This document shows, piece after piece, positions 39,664 through 49,214 of a DNA stretch of 64,000 nucleotides. The DNA is from an uncultured Campylobacter sp. (GTDB lineage Bacteria; Campylobacterota; Campylobacteria; Campylobacterales; Campylobacteraceae), in assembly GCF_938030145.1 (NCBI RefSeq), contig NZ_CALHGM010000033.1, forward strand, positions 36,011 to 100,010. Direction: 5' to 3'. The notes under the pieces are model-generated. The model had not been told where the DNA came from. It saw only the letters and a list, made by a program, of their open reading frames with translations, and searched no databases. How positions within the stretch are numbered: the stretch's first letter is position 1; each line of letters begins with the position of its first letter. The position numbers and the translations under genes are program-made.

Positions 39664-40923
39664 ATGAACGAAATTTTAGAGATCTGTAAGCGCGCAAAGG
39701 CCGCTTGCGGCGAGCTTTTGAGGCTTGGTAGCAAGGCTAAATTTGAAATTTTAAACGCCGTAGCAAACGAGCTGCTAGCGCAAAAAGAGGGTATAAAAGC
39801 GGCAAACGCCAAAGACCTTGCAAACGGCGAGAGATCGGGCCTTAGCCTAGCATTGCTGGACCGCCTAAGGCTAACCGATGCCCGTATCGAGGCGATGGCG
39901 CAGGGCGTGCGCGAGGTGGCGGGCTTTGCAGAGGTTGTGGGCGAGAATCTAGGCGGCTGGGCTCATCCAAACGGCATGCAAATCAGCCGCGTGCGCGTGC
40001 CGCTGGGGGTGCTTGGTATCATCTATGAGAGCCGTCCAAACGTAAGCATCGACGCTGCGGCTCTAGCGCTAAAAAGCGGCAATGCAGCGATCCTGCGAGG
40101 TAGCGCCAGCGCGCTAAATTCAAACATCTTTTTAGTAAATTTATTTAATGAAGCGGGGGCGAAATTCGGCTTACCGACGGGCGCAGTGCAGCTCGTAGAG
40201 AGTCCTGAGCGCGAAGTAGTGGCGCAAATGGCGAAAATGAGCGAGTATATCGACGTTTTGATACCGCGAGGCGGCAAGAGCTTAAAAGATTTTATCGCGC
40301 AAAACGCGACCGTGCCGATTATAATGACCGGTGCAGGGGTTTGCCACATCTTTGTCGATGAGAGCGCAAATTTGAGCGAGGCGGCAAAGATAATCAAAAA
40401 CGCTAAAACCCAGCGTCCAAGCGTCTGTAACGCCGTTGAGTGCGTGCTTTTGCATGAGCGCGTGGCGGGCGAAATTTTGCCTGAGCTTGTGCGCGAGATG
40501 CCGGAGGTCGAGTTTCGCGTGAGCGAGCAGCTTCTGAGTGCGTGCGAGTCGGAGCTGCGAGGCGCTAAAAACGTCAAGCTCGCAGGCGAGAGCGACTTTG
40601 GCGCCGAGTTTTTGGATCTCGTGCTAGCTGTGCGCGCCGTGCGGGATACGCAGGAGGCGATTAGCTTTATAAATGCGCATTCCAGCGGGCATTCGGACGC
40701 GATTTTAAGCGAGGATTACGCAAACGTCGAGCGGTTTTTAAACGAAGTCGGCAGCGCGGTCGTCTACGGCAACGCCTCGACGCGCTTTAGCGACGGCAGC
40801 GAGTTTGGATTCGGCGGCGAGATCGGCATCAGCACGCAAAAGCTGCACGCCAGAGGGCCGATGGGGGTGAGAGAGCTCACGACCTATAAATACGTCGTCC
40901 GCGGAGGCGGGCAAATTCGTTAG
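39664..40923 (+). CDS. proA: Gamma-glutamyl phosphate reductase
   Basis: IYESRPNV, IPRGG, PSVCNAVE, NASTRFSDG, STQKLHARGPMG. Confidence 0.96.
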   Translation: MNEILEICKRAKAACGELLRLGSKAKFEILNAVANELLAQKEGIKAANAKDLANGERSGLSLALLDRLRLTDARIEAMAQGVREVAGFAEVVGENLGGWAHPNGMQISRVRVPLGVLGIIYESRPNVSIDAAALALKSGNAAILRGSASALNSNIFLVNLFNEAGAKFGLPTGAVQLVESPEREVVAQMAKMSEYIDVLIPRGGKSLKDFIAQNATVPIIMTGAGVCHIFVDESANLSEAAKIIKNAKTQRPSVCNAVECVLLHERVAGEILPELVREMPEVEFRVSEQLLSACESELRGAKNVKLAGESDFGAEFLDLVLAVRAVRDTQEAISFINAHSSGHSDAILSEDYANVERFLNEVGSAVVYGNASTRFSDGSEFGFGGEIGISTQKLHARGPMGVRELTTYKYVVRGGGQIR

Positions 40924-40970
40924 CGGCTCGTCTTTTTCTAAAAGGCTCATCTTGCGAGCGCTTTTGAGAG

Positions 40971-41092
40971 AAATTTTGCTTCTCTTGCGCTCGCAACTGC
41001 AAGCAGAAGTCTAGCTTGCGCAATTTTTAGCTTCTAACTCAAAAAATCGCCTCAAAATACTTGCAAATTTTATCTTATATCGCAGGCTGAAT
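40971..41092 (+). repeat. Dispersed intergenic repeat, copy 2
   Basis: Aligns with 36437-36560. Confidence 0.85.
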
Positions 41093-41308
41093 TCCCTCTG
41101 TGATACTTTTACCTAATAAACTTGAAATTTTATAAATCACCTCTGTCAAAATTTTAAAAATATATGAGCTAAAGTTTTGTCATGCAGGCGAAATTTTGTA
41201 TCACGTCTTACTAAAATTTAAAATTTTTAATAAAAATTATATATTCCGCACGATATAATCGCGCATCTGCTCGCAGCGCGAGCGATAGCTAAATTTCAAG
41301 GAGATTCA

Positions 41309-42052
41309 ATGAAAATATTTAAAGCCCTGCTCGCAACAGCGCTAATCACCGCCACCCTAAGCGCTAAGACGCTTAAAGAGGGCACGCTCGTAATAGCCAC
41401 GGAGGGGACTTACTCGCCGTATTCTTTCTATGACGAGAAAAATAATCTTACCGGCTTTGATGTCGATATCGCTCGCGCACTAGCAAAAGAGCTAGGGCTA
41501 AAGGCGGAATTTTTAACCGCGCCGTGGGATGCGATGCTCGCGGCATTTGACGCAGGCAAAGCGGACATAGCGATGAATCAAGTAAGCATCACGCAGGAGC
41601 GCAAGAAAAAATATAATTTCAGCGAGCCTTATACTGTGGCTTATGCTGCGCTAGTAGTGCGAGCTGATAACGAGGAGATTAAGAGTTTTGCGGATCTTAA
41701 AGGCAAAAAAAGCGTCCACTCCGCTACTAGTAACTGGGCTGACATGGCGCGCAACTATGGCGCTGAAATCGTCACAGCAGACGGATTTAGCAAGGGTGTG
41801 GAGCTTATCATAGCTCGTCGCGCAGACGCTACGATCAACGACAACATCACATTTTTCGACTATATGAAGCAGCGCCCGAACGCCCCGCTAAAGATCGCAG
41901 CTCAAGGCAATGAGCCGATCTATTCCGCCGTGCTGCTTAAAAAGGATGATGAGCTGACGGCGCAGATAAATTCCGCGCTAAAATCGCTAAAGCAAAAAGG
42001 CGTGCTGAAAGAAATTTCACTTAAATATTTTGGCAAAGACATTACGGAGTAA
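41309..42052 (+). CDS. Polar amino acid (cystine-type) ABC substrate-binding protein
   Basis: ATEGTYSPYSF, GFDVDIA, APWDAML, NQVSITQERKKKY. Confidence 0.9.
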   Translation: MKIFKALLATALITATLSAKTLKEGTLVIATEGTYSPYSFYDEKNNLTGFDVDIARALAKELGLKAEFLTAPWDAMLAAFDAGKADIAMNQVSITQERKKKYNFSEPYTVAYAALVVRADNEEIKSFADLKGKKSVHSATSNWADMARNYGAEIVTADGFSKGVELIIARRADATINDNITFFDYMKQRPNAPLKIAAQGNEPIYSAVLLKKDDELTAQINSALKSLKQKGVLKEISLKYFGKDITE

Positions 42053-42145
42053 ATTTTACGACCGCTTAGTTGAAGCGTGGAATTTTAAACTTAGCTGAGC
42101 GGAATTTTGCATTTTAAATTTCGCTCATAAAATTTTGGAGGAATT

Positions 42146-42895
42146 ATGAAAAATTTAATAAAAACTTTGCTTGCGTGCGCACTTTTAATATGCGGCGCAA
42201 ACTCTAAAACGCTACGCGAAGGTACGCTTAAAGTAGCTACGGAAGGTACTTTTTCGCCATTTTCGTATTATAACGACAAAAATGAGCTCGTAGGATACGA
42301 CGTAGATGTCGCGCGCGCAGTCGCCGAAAAGCTTGGTCTAAAAATAGAATTTCTAACCGCGCCTTGGGATGCGATGCTTGCAGCATTTGATGCAGGCAAG
42401 GCAGACGCTGTGTTTAATCAAGTAAGCATTACTGATGAGCGCAAGAAAAAATATGAGTATTCTGTGCCCTACACCGTCGTTTACGGAGCTATCATCGTGC
42501 ATAAAGATAACAACGACATTAAAAGCTTCGAGGATTTAAAAGGCAAGAAAAATGCAGACTCCGCTACCAGCAACTGGGCGCAAGTCGCTAAAAAATACGG
42601 CGCGCAAAACGTAACTGTAGATAGTTTCGCTAAAAGTATGGAGCTGCTGATCGCTCGCCGCGTAGATACCGTCGTGCGCGATAATACCGTATTTTACGAC
42701 TTTTTAAAGCAGCGCCCGGACGCTCCGATTAAGATCGCTGCAAAGCTAAAAGACGTCGATTATAGCGCTGCAATAGTTCAAAAGGGCAATAAAGAGCTCG
42801 CAGATCAAATCAGCAAAGCCTTAAACGAACTCAAAGCCGAAGGCAAGCTAAAAGAAATTTCGCTTAAATATTTCGGCAAAGATGTGAGTGAATGA
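42146..42895 (+). CDS. Polar amino acid ABC substrate-binding protein (paralogue)
   Basis: Same motifs; strongly similar to the upstream gene. Confidence 0.9.
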   Translation: MKNLIKTLLACALLICGANSKTLREGTLKVATEGTFSPFSYYNDKNELVGYDVDVARAVAEKLGLKIEFLTAPWDAMLAAFDAGKADAVFNQVSITDERKKKYEYSVPYTVVYGAIIVHKDNNDIKSFEDLKGKKNADSATSNWAQVAKKYGAQNVTVDSFAKSMELLIARRVDTVVRDNTVFYDFLKQRPDAPIKIAAKLKDVDYSAAIVQKGNKELADQISKALNELKAEGKLKEISLKYFGKDVSE

Positions 42896-43560
42896 ACGAA
42901 ACAAGCAGAATTCTAGAGCTTGTTAGGAGCTCGCTAGAACCAATGGCGCTAGCCCTGCTGCAAGTTACGATCCCGCTTACGATAATCTCATTTCTGCTCG
43001 GGCTCGTGCTTGCGGTGCTGACGGCGGTCGCACGCATCGCAAATTTTAAAATTTTAAAGCAGCTAAGCGAAATTTATATTTGGATTTTTCGCGGCACTCC
43101 GCTTTTGGTGCAGCTTTTTATCGTCTATTTCGGACTTCCAATCGTTGGGATCACACTTGATGTTTGGACTGCTGCGATAATTACCTTTAGCCTAAATATC
43201 GGCGCTTACGCTTCAGAGGCGGTGCGAGCTGCGATCCTATCAGTGCCAAAGGGGCAATGGGAGGCGGCTACCTCGCTAGGCATGAGCTATGCTCAAATCC
43301 TGCGCCGTATTATCGCTCCGCAAGCAGCACGCATATCGCTGCCGCCGCTATCAAATATATTTATTTCTACACTTAAAGACACTTCGCTTGTAGCCTCGAT
43401 TACGATGGTCGATATGTTTATGGTCGCTCAACGTATCGCTGCGCGGGCATTCGATCCGCTTACGTTATACGTACTGGCGGCGCTATTTTATCTAGCAGTC
43501 TGCACCCTTCTTACGTTCTTACAATCCAAGCTAGAGCGACGATTTTCAAGGTTCGTATGA
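42892..43560 (+). CDS. Amino acid ABC permease
   Basis: FRGTPLLVQLF, GQWEAA, KDTSL. Confidence 0.93.
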   Translation: MNETSRILELVRSSLEPMALALLQVTIPLTIISFLLGLVLAVLTAVARIANFKILKQLSEIYIWIFRGTPLLVQLFIVYFGLPIVGITLDVWTAAIITFSLNIGAYASEAVRAAILSVPKGQWEAATSLGMSYAQILRRIIAPQAARISLPPLSNIFISTLKDTSLVASITMVDMFMVAQRIAARAFDPLTLYVLAALFYLAVCTLLTFLQSKLERRFSRFV

Positions 43561-44294
43561 TGATAAAATTTACGAACTTAACTAAGCGCTTCGGCGATCA
43601 CGTCGTGCTAAATGGGCTAAGCTTAGAATTTCGCGACGGGCAAACGACAGTGATTTTAGGAAGCTCCGGCTCCGGCAAATCCACGATGCTGCGCTGCATA
43701 AATCTGCTCGAAATTCCAAGCGGCGGCGAGCTACAGCTAGGCGAGTTTAAGATAAATTTCGACGCTCAGCATAAAACAAGCGAATATCATCCATTCCGCG
43801 CGCATACGGGCATGGTTTTTCAAAGCTTCAATCTCTTTCCGCACCTCAACGTCTTACAAAACGTCATCGAAGCACCCGTACACGTGCTAAAGCAGCCACG
43901 CGAGCTTGCCGAGGCAAATGCAATGGCGCTGCTAAAAAAAGTCGGTATGGCGGATAAAGCTGGCGCGTATCCGGCTCGCCTCTCCGGCGGTCAGAGCCAG
44001 CGCGTGGCGATCGCGCGGGCGCTTGCGATGCAGCCTGAGTTTTTGCTGCTGGATGAGCCTACGAGCGCGCTTGATCCCGAGCTTGAGGCGCAGGTGTTAA
44101 AAACTATCGCCGAGCTTGCCGCAGAGGATCGCTCGCTTATCATCGTCACGCACAATATGGGCTTTGCGCGCAAGATCGCAGATAGAATTTTATTCTTAGA
44201 CGGCGGAGTTATCGCATTCGACGGCGACGCAGAGGAATTCTTCGGTAGCAGCGATGAGCGCATAGCTAAATTTATCGGAGCGATGAGCTTTTAA
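43557..44294 (+). CDS. Amino acid ABC ATP-binding protein
   Basis: GSSGSGKST, LSGGQSQRVAIARAL, DEPTSALDPE. Confidence 0.94.
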   Translation: MMIKFTNLTKRFGDHVVLNGLSLEFRDGQTTVILGSSGSGKSTMLRCINLLEIPSGGELQLGEFKINFDAQHKTSEYHPFRAHTGMVFQSFNLFPHLNVLQNVIEAPVHVLKQPRELAEANAMALLKKVGMADKAGAYPARLSGGQSQRVAIARALAMQPEFLLLDEPTSALDPELEAQVLKTIAELAAEDRSLIIVTHNMGFARKIADRILFLDGGVIAFDGDAEEFFGSSDERIAKFIGAMSF

Positions 44295-44319
44295 ATCCAT
44301 TAAATTTTAAGGAGAAAAG

Positions 44320-45456
44320 ATGAAAATAGATACCCTAATCGTAAAGGGCATAGAGGCTAAGTCCAACCCCCACAACGCGGTGATTCCGCCGATATATCTA
44401 GCCAGCACCTTCGTGCAAGAAAGCCTGGATGATTTCGGCAAATACGCCTACTCGCGCGGCGCAAATCCTACGCGCAACGCCTTCGAGGAACTTTTCGCAA
44501 AATTTGAAGGCAGCAAATACGCCTTCGCGCTAGCCTCGGGTATGGCAGCTACGAGCGCTGCATTCGCGCTGCTTAAAAGCGGCGATCGCGTGCTGCTAAA
44601 TAATAACGTTTACGGCGGCACCTATCGCTACGTAAGCGGGATTTTTAAAAATCAAGGGGTCAATTACGACTTAGTGGACGATCTGAATTCGATCAGCGAA
44701 ATTCCGAGCGACGTCAAAATGGTCTTCATCGAAACGCCATCAAATCCGCTTTTGCGAGTAACCGATATTGAGCGCATCAGCGGGCTCGCGCATAAAAACG
44801 GCGCGCTTGTGGTGATGGATAATACCTTTTTGACCCCGTATTATCAGCGCCCGCTAGAGCACGGCGCAGACGTCGTGGTTTATAGCGCGACCAAATACAT
44901 AGGCGGACATGCCGATCTAATCGCCGGCATCGTTACGACGAACGACGATGAGCTTGCTGCAAGAATTCAGTTTATGAAAAACACTCTGGGTGCGACGCTA
45001 TCGCCTACCGACGCGTATTCGCTCATACGTGGGCTTAAAACGCTAAGCGTGCGCTTCGACCGCCAGAGCGAAAATACGCTAAAGATAATAGAATTTTTAC
45101 GCAGCAATCCTGCGGTAGAGGCGGTAAATTTTGCAGGCTCGCATTCTGCGAGCGAAAAAGAGATACAAGATCGCCAAGCTAGCGGTATCGGAGCGGTCAT
45201 CTCGCTGGTGCTTAAGCCACAATACGACTATAAAACCTTTGCGCGCAGCCTTGAGCTATTCGATCTAGCCGTGAGCTTGGGCGGCGTAGAGAGCCTGATC
45301 TGCCACCCCGCGTCGATGACGCACGAGAGCTATCCGCGCGAGCTGCAAGAGCGCATCGGCATCAGTCAAAATTTGCTGCGCCTAGCCATAGGCATCGAAA
45401 ACGCCGACGATCTCATAGCAGACCTTGCCGCCGCGCTAGAAAAATCTAAAAAATAG
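44320..45456 (+). CDS. Cys/Met metabolism PLP enzyme (cystathionine gamma-synthase/lyase)
   Basis: YSRGANPT, SGMAA, ETPSNP, DNTF, SATKYIGGH, SLGGVESL. Confidence 0.92.
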   Translation: MKIDTLIVKGIEAKSNPHNAVIPPIYLASTFVQESLDDFGKYAYSRGANPTRNAFEELFAKFEGSKYAFALASGMAATSAAFALLKSGDRVLLNNNVYGGTYRYVSGIFKNQGVNYDLVDDLNSISEIPSDVKMVFIETPSNPLLRVTDIERISGLAHKNGALVVMDNTFLTPYYQRPLEHGADVVVYSATKYIGGHADLIAGIVTTNDDELAARIQFMKNTLGATLSPTDAYSLIRGLKTLSVRFDRQSENTLKIIEFLRSNPAVEAVNFAGSHSASEKEIQDRQASGIGAVISLVLKPQYDYKTFARSLELFDLAVSLGGVESLICHPASMTHESYPRELQERIGISQNLLRLAIGIENADDLIADLAAALEKSKK

Positions 45457-45547
45457 GCGGCGCGAATTTTACGTAAGCTCGCGAAATTTCTATGCAGGCT
45501 TGTAAAATTTACGCGCGCAGAATTCATGCCAAAATTTAGTCCGAAAT

Positions 45548-45577
45548 CCTTATAGCTTCGCTCGTGAGGCTATAAGG
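45548..45577. terminator. Hairpin between convergent genes
   Basis: CCTTATAGCTTC-6nt-GAGGCTATAAGG. Confidence 0.55.
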
Positions 45578-45891
45578 GCGCCGGTTTTTACGGACCAGCG
45601 CGCAGGCGGGCTTAAAAAGACCTCTTACAGATCATTTCATTTTCTAAAAATTCCTTTTTGCAAAGCCTATGTCTATTTTCTCGCGGGTTAAATTTTGTAT
45701 GAATTTTCACTCGTTAAATTTCACAAGGCGCGCGTATAATCCGCTAGCCGCTCGCAATCGCTCGGTCTAAATTTAGCGCGATTAAATTTATCAAACGAAT
45801 GAATTTGGGCCCCGTCCTGCTCAAAATTTAAAATTCTACGCGCCGTTTAAATTCCGCTTAAAATTTTAGCCGCGCTTTAAATTTAGCATAG

Positions 45892-48708
45892 CTACTTCAG
45901 CTCGCCCCAGCGCTTGGCGATGTTTAGGCTCGTCTTTAAGGGCACATTCAGGCTTGCCGCACTTTGCATTATCTCCTGCGCGCGCGCGCCGAAGCTCTGC
46001 GCCAAATCGTCCCGCACCTCGAAGATCAGCTCGTCGTGGATCTGCAAAATCAGCCGCGCCTCGTCGCTTAGCAGCGGCGAAATCTCAACCATCGCCTTTT
46101 TGATGATGTCGGCGGCGGAGCCTTGAAATTTCGTATTCACCGCCTCGCGCTCGTAGCTCGCATATACCATGTTGTTTCGCGCGTTTGCGAAGTCAAAGTA
46201 GCGCCTGCGCCCAAAAAGCGTGCTTACGTAGCCGTCCGCTTTCGCGTCCGATTTTATGCTCTGCAAAAATTCCTTGATCGTAGAAAACGCCGCGAAATAG
46301 CGCTCGATATAGCTCTTCGCCTCGGCGCGCGCGATGCCTAGGCTGTCGCTTAGCTTGCCCGCACCCATGCCGTAGATGAGGCCGAAATTTATACTCTTTG
46401 CGATCGTGCGGTGCGCGGGCTGCGCATCGCCGAAGATGCTGATCGCCGTGCGCGCGTGAATGTCCTCATCCGCCCTAAACGCCGCCAAAAGCGCAGGATC
46501 GCGCGAAAAGTGCGCTAGCAGGCGCAGCTCGATCTGCGAGTAATCAAGCGAGATCAGCGAGTAGCCTTCGTCTGCTAGAAAGCAGTCCCGTACGTCCTTC
46601 GCAAACGTGCCGCGCGCGGGGATATTTTGCAGGTTCGGATTTTTGCTCGCTAGCCGCCCGGTGGCCGTGCCGGTCTGCAAGAAATTCGATCTGACGCGGT
46701 TTTGCGGATCTGTAAGGGCAAGCTGTAGCAGCGGCTCGCAGTAGGTGTTTTGCAACTTAAACAGCTCGCGATAGTCTAAAATTTTACCCACCGCGGGATG
46801 TAGCGCCGTAAGATCCTTCAGCACGCTTTCGTCGGTGCTGTAGCCCGTCTTCGTGCGTTTTGCGGCAGGAAGCCCTAGCCGCTCGAAAAGCACGGCGCCG
46901 AGCTGAGCGGGAGAGTTGATATTAAACTGCTCGCCGCAAAGCTCGTAAATTTCATCCGTGAGCGCCCGCAGGGACTTTTCGTTGCGCCCGATTAGGCTCT
47001 TTATCATCTCCGCGTCGATCTTGATGCCGTATCTTTGCATCTGCCAAAGTACCCGCACGAATGGAAACTCAAGCTCCTGCGCGAGCTTAAAAAGCGCGGG
47101 CTCGAGCAGCCCCTTTAGTTTAAAATACAGCCTCAGCGTCACCCACGCATCCTCGCTCGCATAGATCGTAGCGGCGTCCAACTCCACGGAGGCGAAGGTC
47201 TCGCCCTTTTTGACGACGTCGCCGAAATGCACGGTCTCATACCCAAGATACCGCGGCGAGATAGAGTCCATCCCCACGGCGTTTGCGGGATCGAGCAGCC
47301 ACGCTAGCACCATCGTATCGGCAAAGCGCGCAGGTGGCTCAATGTTAAAATTATTTTTCACGATCTCAAAATCGTATTTTAAATTTTGCCCCACGACATA
47401 TCCGCGAAACAGCGAGCCGATCGCGGTTTTTGCGGCGTCCGAAGAAATTTGAGCCGGAGCGCCCAAATAGCTATGCGCGAGCGGGACGTAGTAGGCGCGC
47501 TCCTCGTTAAATGCAAATGAAAAGCCCACGATCTTGGCGCTCTTGCTATCGACGCTAGTGGTTTCCGTATCAAAGCTCACTAGGGTATCGGCGCTGACGC
47601 TCTCGCACAGCCTCGCAAGCTCCGCTGCATCGGTGATACAAACAGGCTCAAATGGCGCTTTAAAAGCGCGCTCAGAATTTTTCTCGCTGCAAGCGGAGCC
47701 GCCTGGGATAGAATTTTGCCCGTCTAGCCTCCCTACGGTAGCGTCCAAGATAGATCCGCCGCGAGACGGCTCTGCGCCGGAGCCTTTGCCGCCCGCGCCC
47801 AAAACGGAGCTTTTTGCGCCCGCGCTTTTGCCCTCGCTCCAAAGATCAAGCCCGTTTTGCTCCTGCAAACTTAACGCGGATAGCAGTCTATTTAGCGCAT
47901 AGTCTTTTAAAATTTCGCGGATTTTAAAAAGCGGATTTTGCTGCGGAAATTTCGCGTCCTCTAAAGGCGGGATTTCCAGCTCGTCGTAAAGCGTAGCCAG
48001 GCGCTTGCTTATGTAGGCGCTCTGCTTTCCTTCTATCAGATACTCGCGCTGTTTGTTCTGCGGCAGGTGGTCTAAATTTGAATAGATCCCATCAAGCGAG
48101 CCCCATTCGTCTAAAAGCTTCTTTGCTCCCTTGTCGCCGATGCCCCGCACGCCCGGGATATTATCGGCGCTATCGCCGCAGATCGCTAAAAAATCCACGA
48201 TCTGCTCGGGATAGACGCCGTAGCGCTGCAAGCACTCCTCTCTTCCGTAAAGCATCTTTTTGCCGTGGCTGTAAATTTTAACGTTTTCGCCGATGAGCTG
48301 ATAGAGGTCCTTGTCGGAGGTAACGATGTTGATTTTATGCGTGGCGCCGTGCTTTTTAACGACGCTTGCGATGAGATCGTCCGCTTCGTAGCCCTCGCGT
48401 CCGAGCGAGTAAAGCCCCATCTTTTCGATCATCTCGATGCAGACCGGCAGCTGCTGCAAAAGCGCAGGCGGCGGGGCTTGGCGGTTGGTTTTATAGTTGG
48501 GATCGATATCCGAGCGGAAGGTCTTACCCTTGCTATCCAGAGCGAAAATTATATAATCGCTCTTAAATTCTTTCGAAAGATTTGCGATGAAGCTCGCAAA
48601 TCCGCTCACCATGCCGCTGGGTTTGCCGTCTTTGGTCTTAAGCCCGCTCATAGCGTAGTAGAGCCTGAAAAAAAAGCCGAACGTATCGATGATCGTGATG
48701 GTCTGCAT
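45892..48708 (-). CDS. polA: DNA polymerase I
   Basis: 5'-3' exo (EADD, GDSADNIPGV), 3'-5' exo FDTET, polymerase DYSQIELR, AKSINFGLIYG, QIHDEL. Confidence 0.97.
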   Translation of the reverse strand: MQTITIIDTFGFFFRLYYAMSGLKTKDGKPSGMVSGFASFIANLSKEFKSDYIIFALDSKGKTFRSDIDPNYKTNRQAPPPALLQQLPVCIEMIEKMGLYSLGREGYEADDLIASVVKKHGATHKINIVTSDKDLYQLIGENVKIYSHGKKMLYGREECLQRYGVYPEQIVDFLAICGDSADNIPGVRGIGDKGAKKLLDEWGSLDGIYSNLDHLPQNKQREYLIEGKQSAYISKRLATLYDELEIPPLEDAKFPQQNPLFKIREILKDYALNRLLSALSLQEQNGLDLWSEGKSAGAKSSVLGAGGKGSGAEPSRGGSILDATVGRLDGQNSIPGGSACSEKNSERAFKAPFEPVCITDAAELARLCESVSADTLVSFDTETTSVDSKSAKIVGFSFAFNEERAYYVPLAHSYLGAPAQISSDAAKTAIGSLFRGYVVGQNLKYDFEIVKNNFNIEPPARFADTMVLAWLLDPANAVGMDSISPRYLGYETVHFGDVVKKGETFASVELDAATIYASEDAWVTLRLYFKLKGLLEPALFKLAQELEFPFVRVLWQMQRYGIKIDAEMIKSLIGRNEKSLRALTDEIYELCGEQFNINSPAQLGAVLFERLGLPAAKRTKTGYSTDESVLKDLTALHPAVGKILDYRELFKLQNTYCEPLLQLALTDPQNRVRSNFLQTGTATGRLASKNPNLQNIPARGTFAKDVRDCFLADEGYSLISLDYSQIELRLLAHFSRDPALLAAFRADEDIHARTAISIFGDAQPAHRTIAKSINFGLIYGMGAGKLSDSLGIARAEAKSYIERYFAAFSTIKEFLQSIKSDAKADGYVSTLFGRRRYFDFANARNNMVYASYEREAVNTKFQGSAADIIKKAMVEISPLLSDEARLILQIHDELIFEVRDDLAQSFGARAQEIMQSAASLNVPLKTSLNIAKRWGELK

Positions 48709-48782
48709 AATGGTCCTCGGATTTAGAATTTTAACGCGTAGTGTATTAAAATTCGGCTAAATTTACAAATTCCGAATAGGAC

Positions 48783-48824
48783 TTGACCTGCCTCATTTCA
48801 AAATTTTAAAATTTGCTATATAAT
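48783..48824 (+). promoter_or_regulatory. Putative Crp/Fnr-type site plus -10 box
   Basis: TTGAC-CTGC-CTCAT (48783-48796), centred about -41.5 relative to TATAAT at 48819-48824. Confidence 0.45.
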
Positions 48825-48852
48825 CGCGCGAAATTTTAAAAAAGGATCAAGT

Positions 48853-49197
48853 ATGAATTTTTTCACAGACTGGCAGGAGCTCGACGCGACGGGCGCTACG
48901 GTGAAATTTTATAAAAAATCACAAGGCGGCGTAGAATACATCGGCTTTGATTCGCGCAAATGCGTTCCGCCCGAGCCGATGGTAAATGCGCTGGTGGCGC
49001 TAAATTTCGTAAAAGACGAAACCAAAAAGGTGGTCATGGTCAATCATAAATTTCCGATGGGGCTGATCCCGAAGATCGAGTCTAAATTTGACATTGCCCG
49101 CGAGGATCTAGAGAGCGACGCGGTCAAGCTCACCATCAGCCTAAAGCCTGGCGCAATCAATGAGGGCTTTGATACCGACGCGAAGTGCCACGGCTAA
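48853..49197 (+). CDS. DUF2249/TusA-like small protein
   Basis: FDSRKCVPPEPM..AL and NHKFPMGL resemble the DUF2249 pattern. Confidence 0.6.
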   Translation: MNFFTDWQELDATGATVKFYKKSQGGVEYIGFDSRKCVPPEPMVNALVALNFVKDETKKVVMVNHKFPMGLIPKIESKFDIAREDLESDAVKLTISLKPGAINEGFDTDAKCHG

Positions 49198-49214
49198 AGG
49201 GCTTTAAAATTTAG

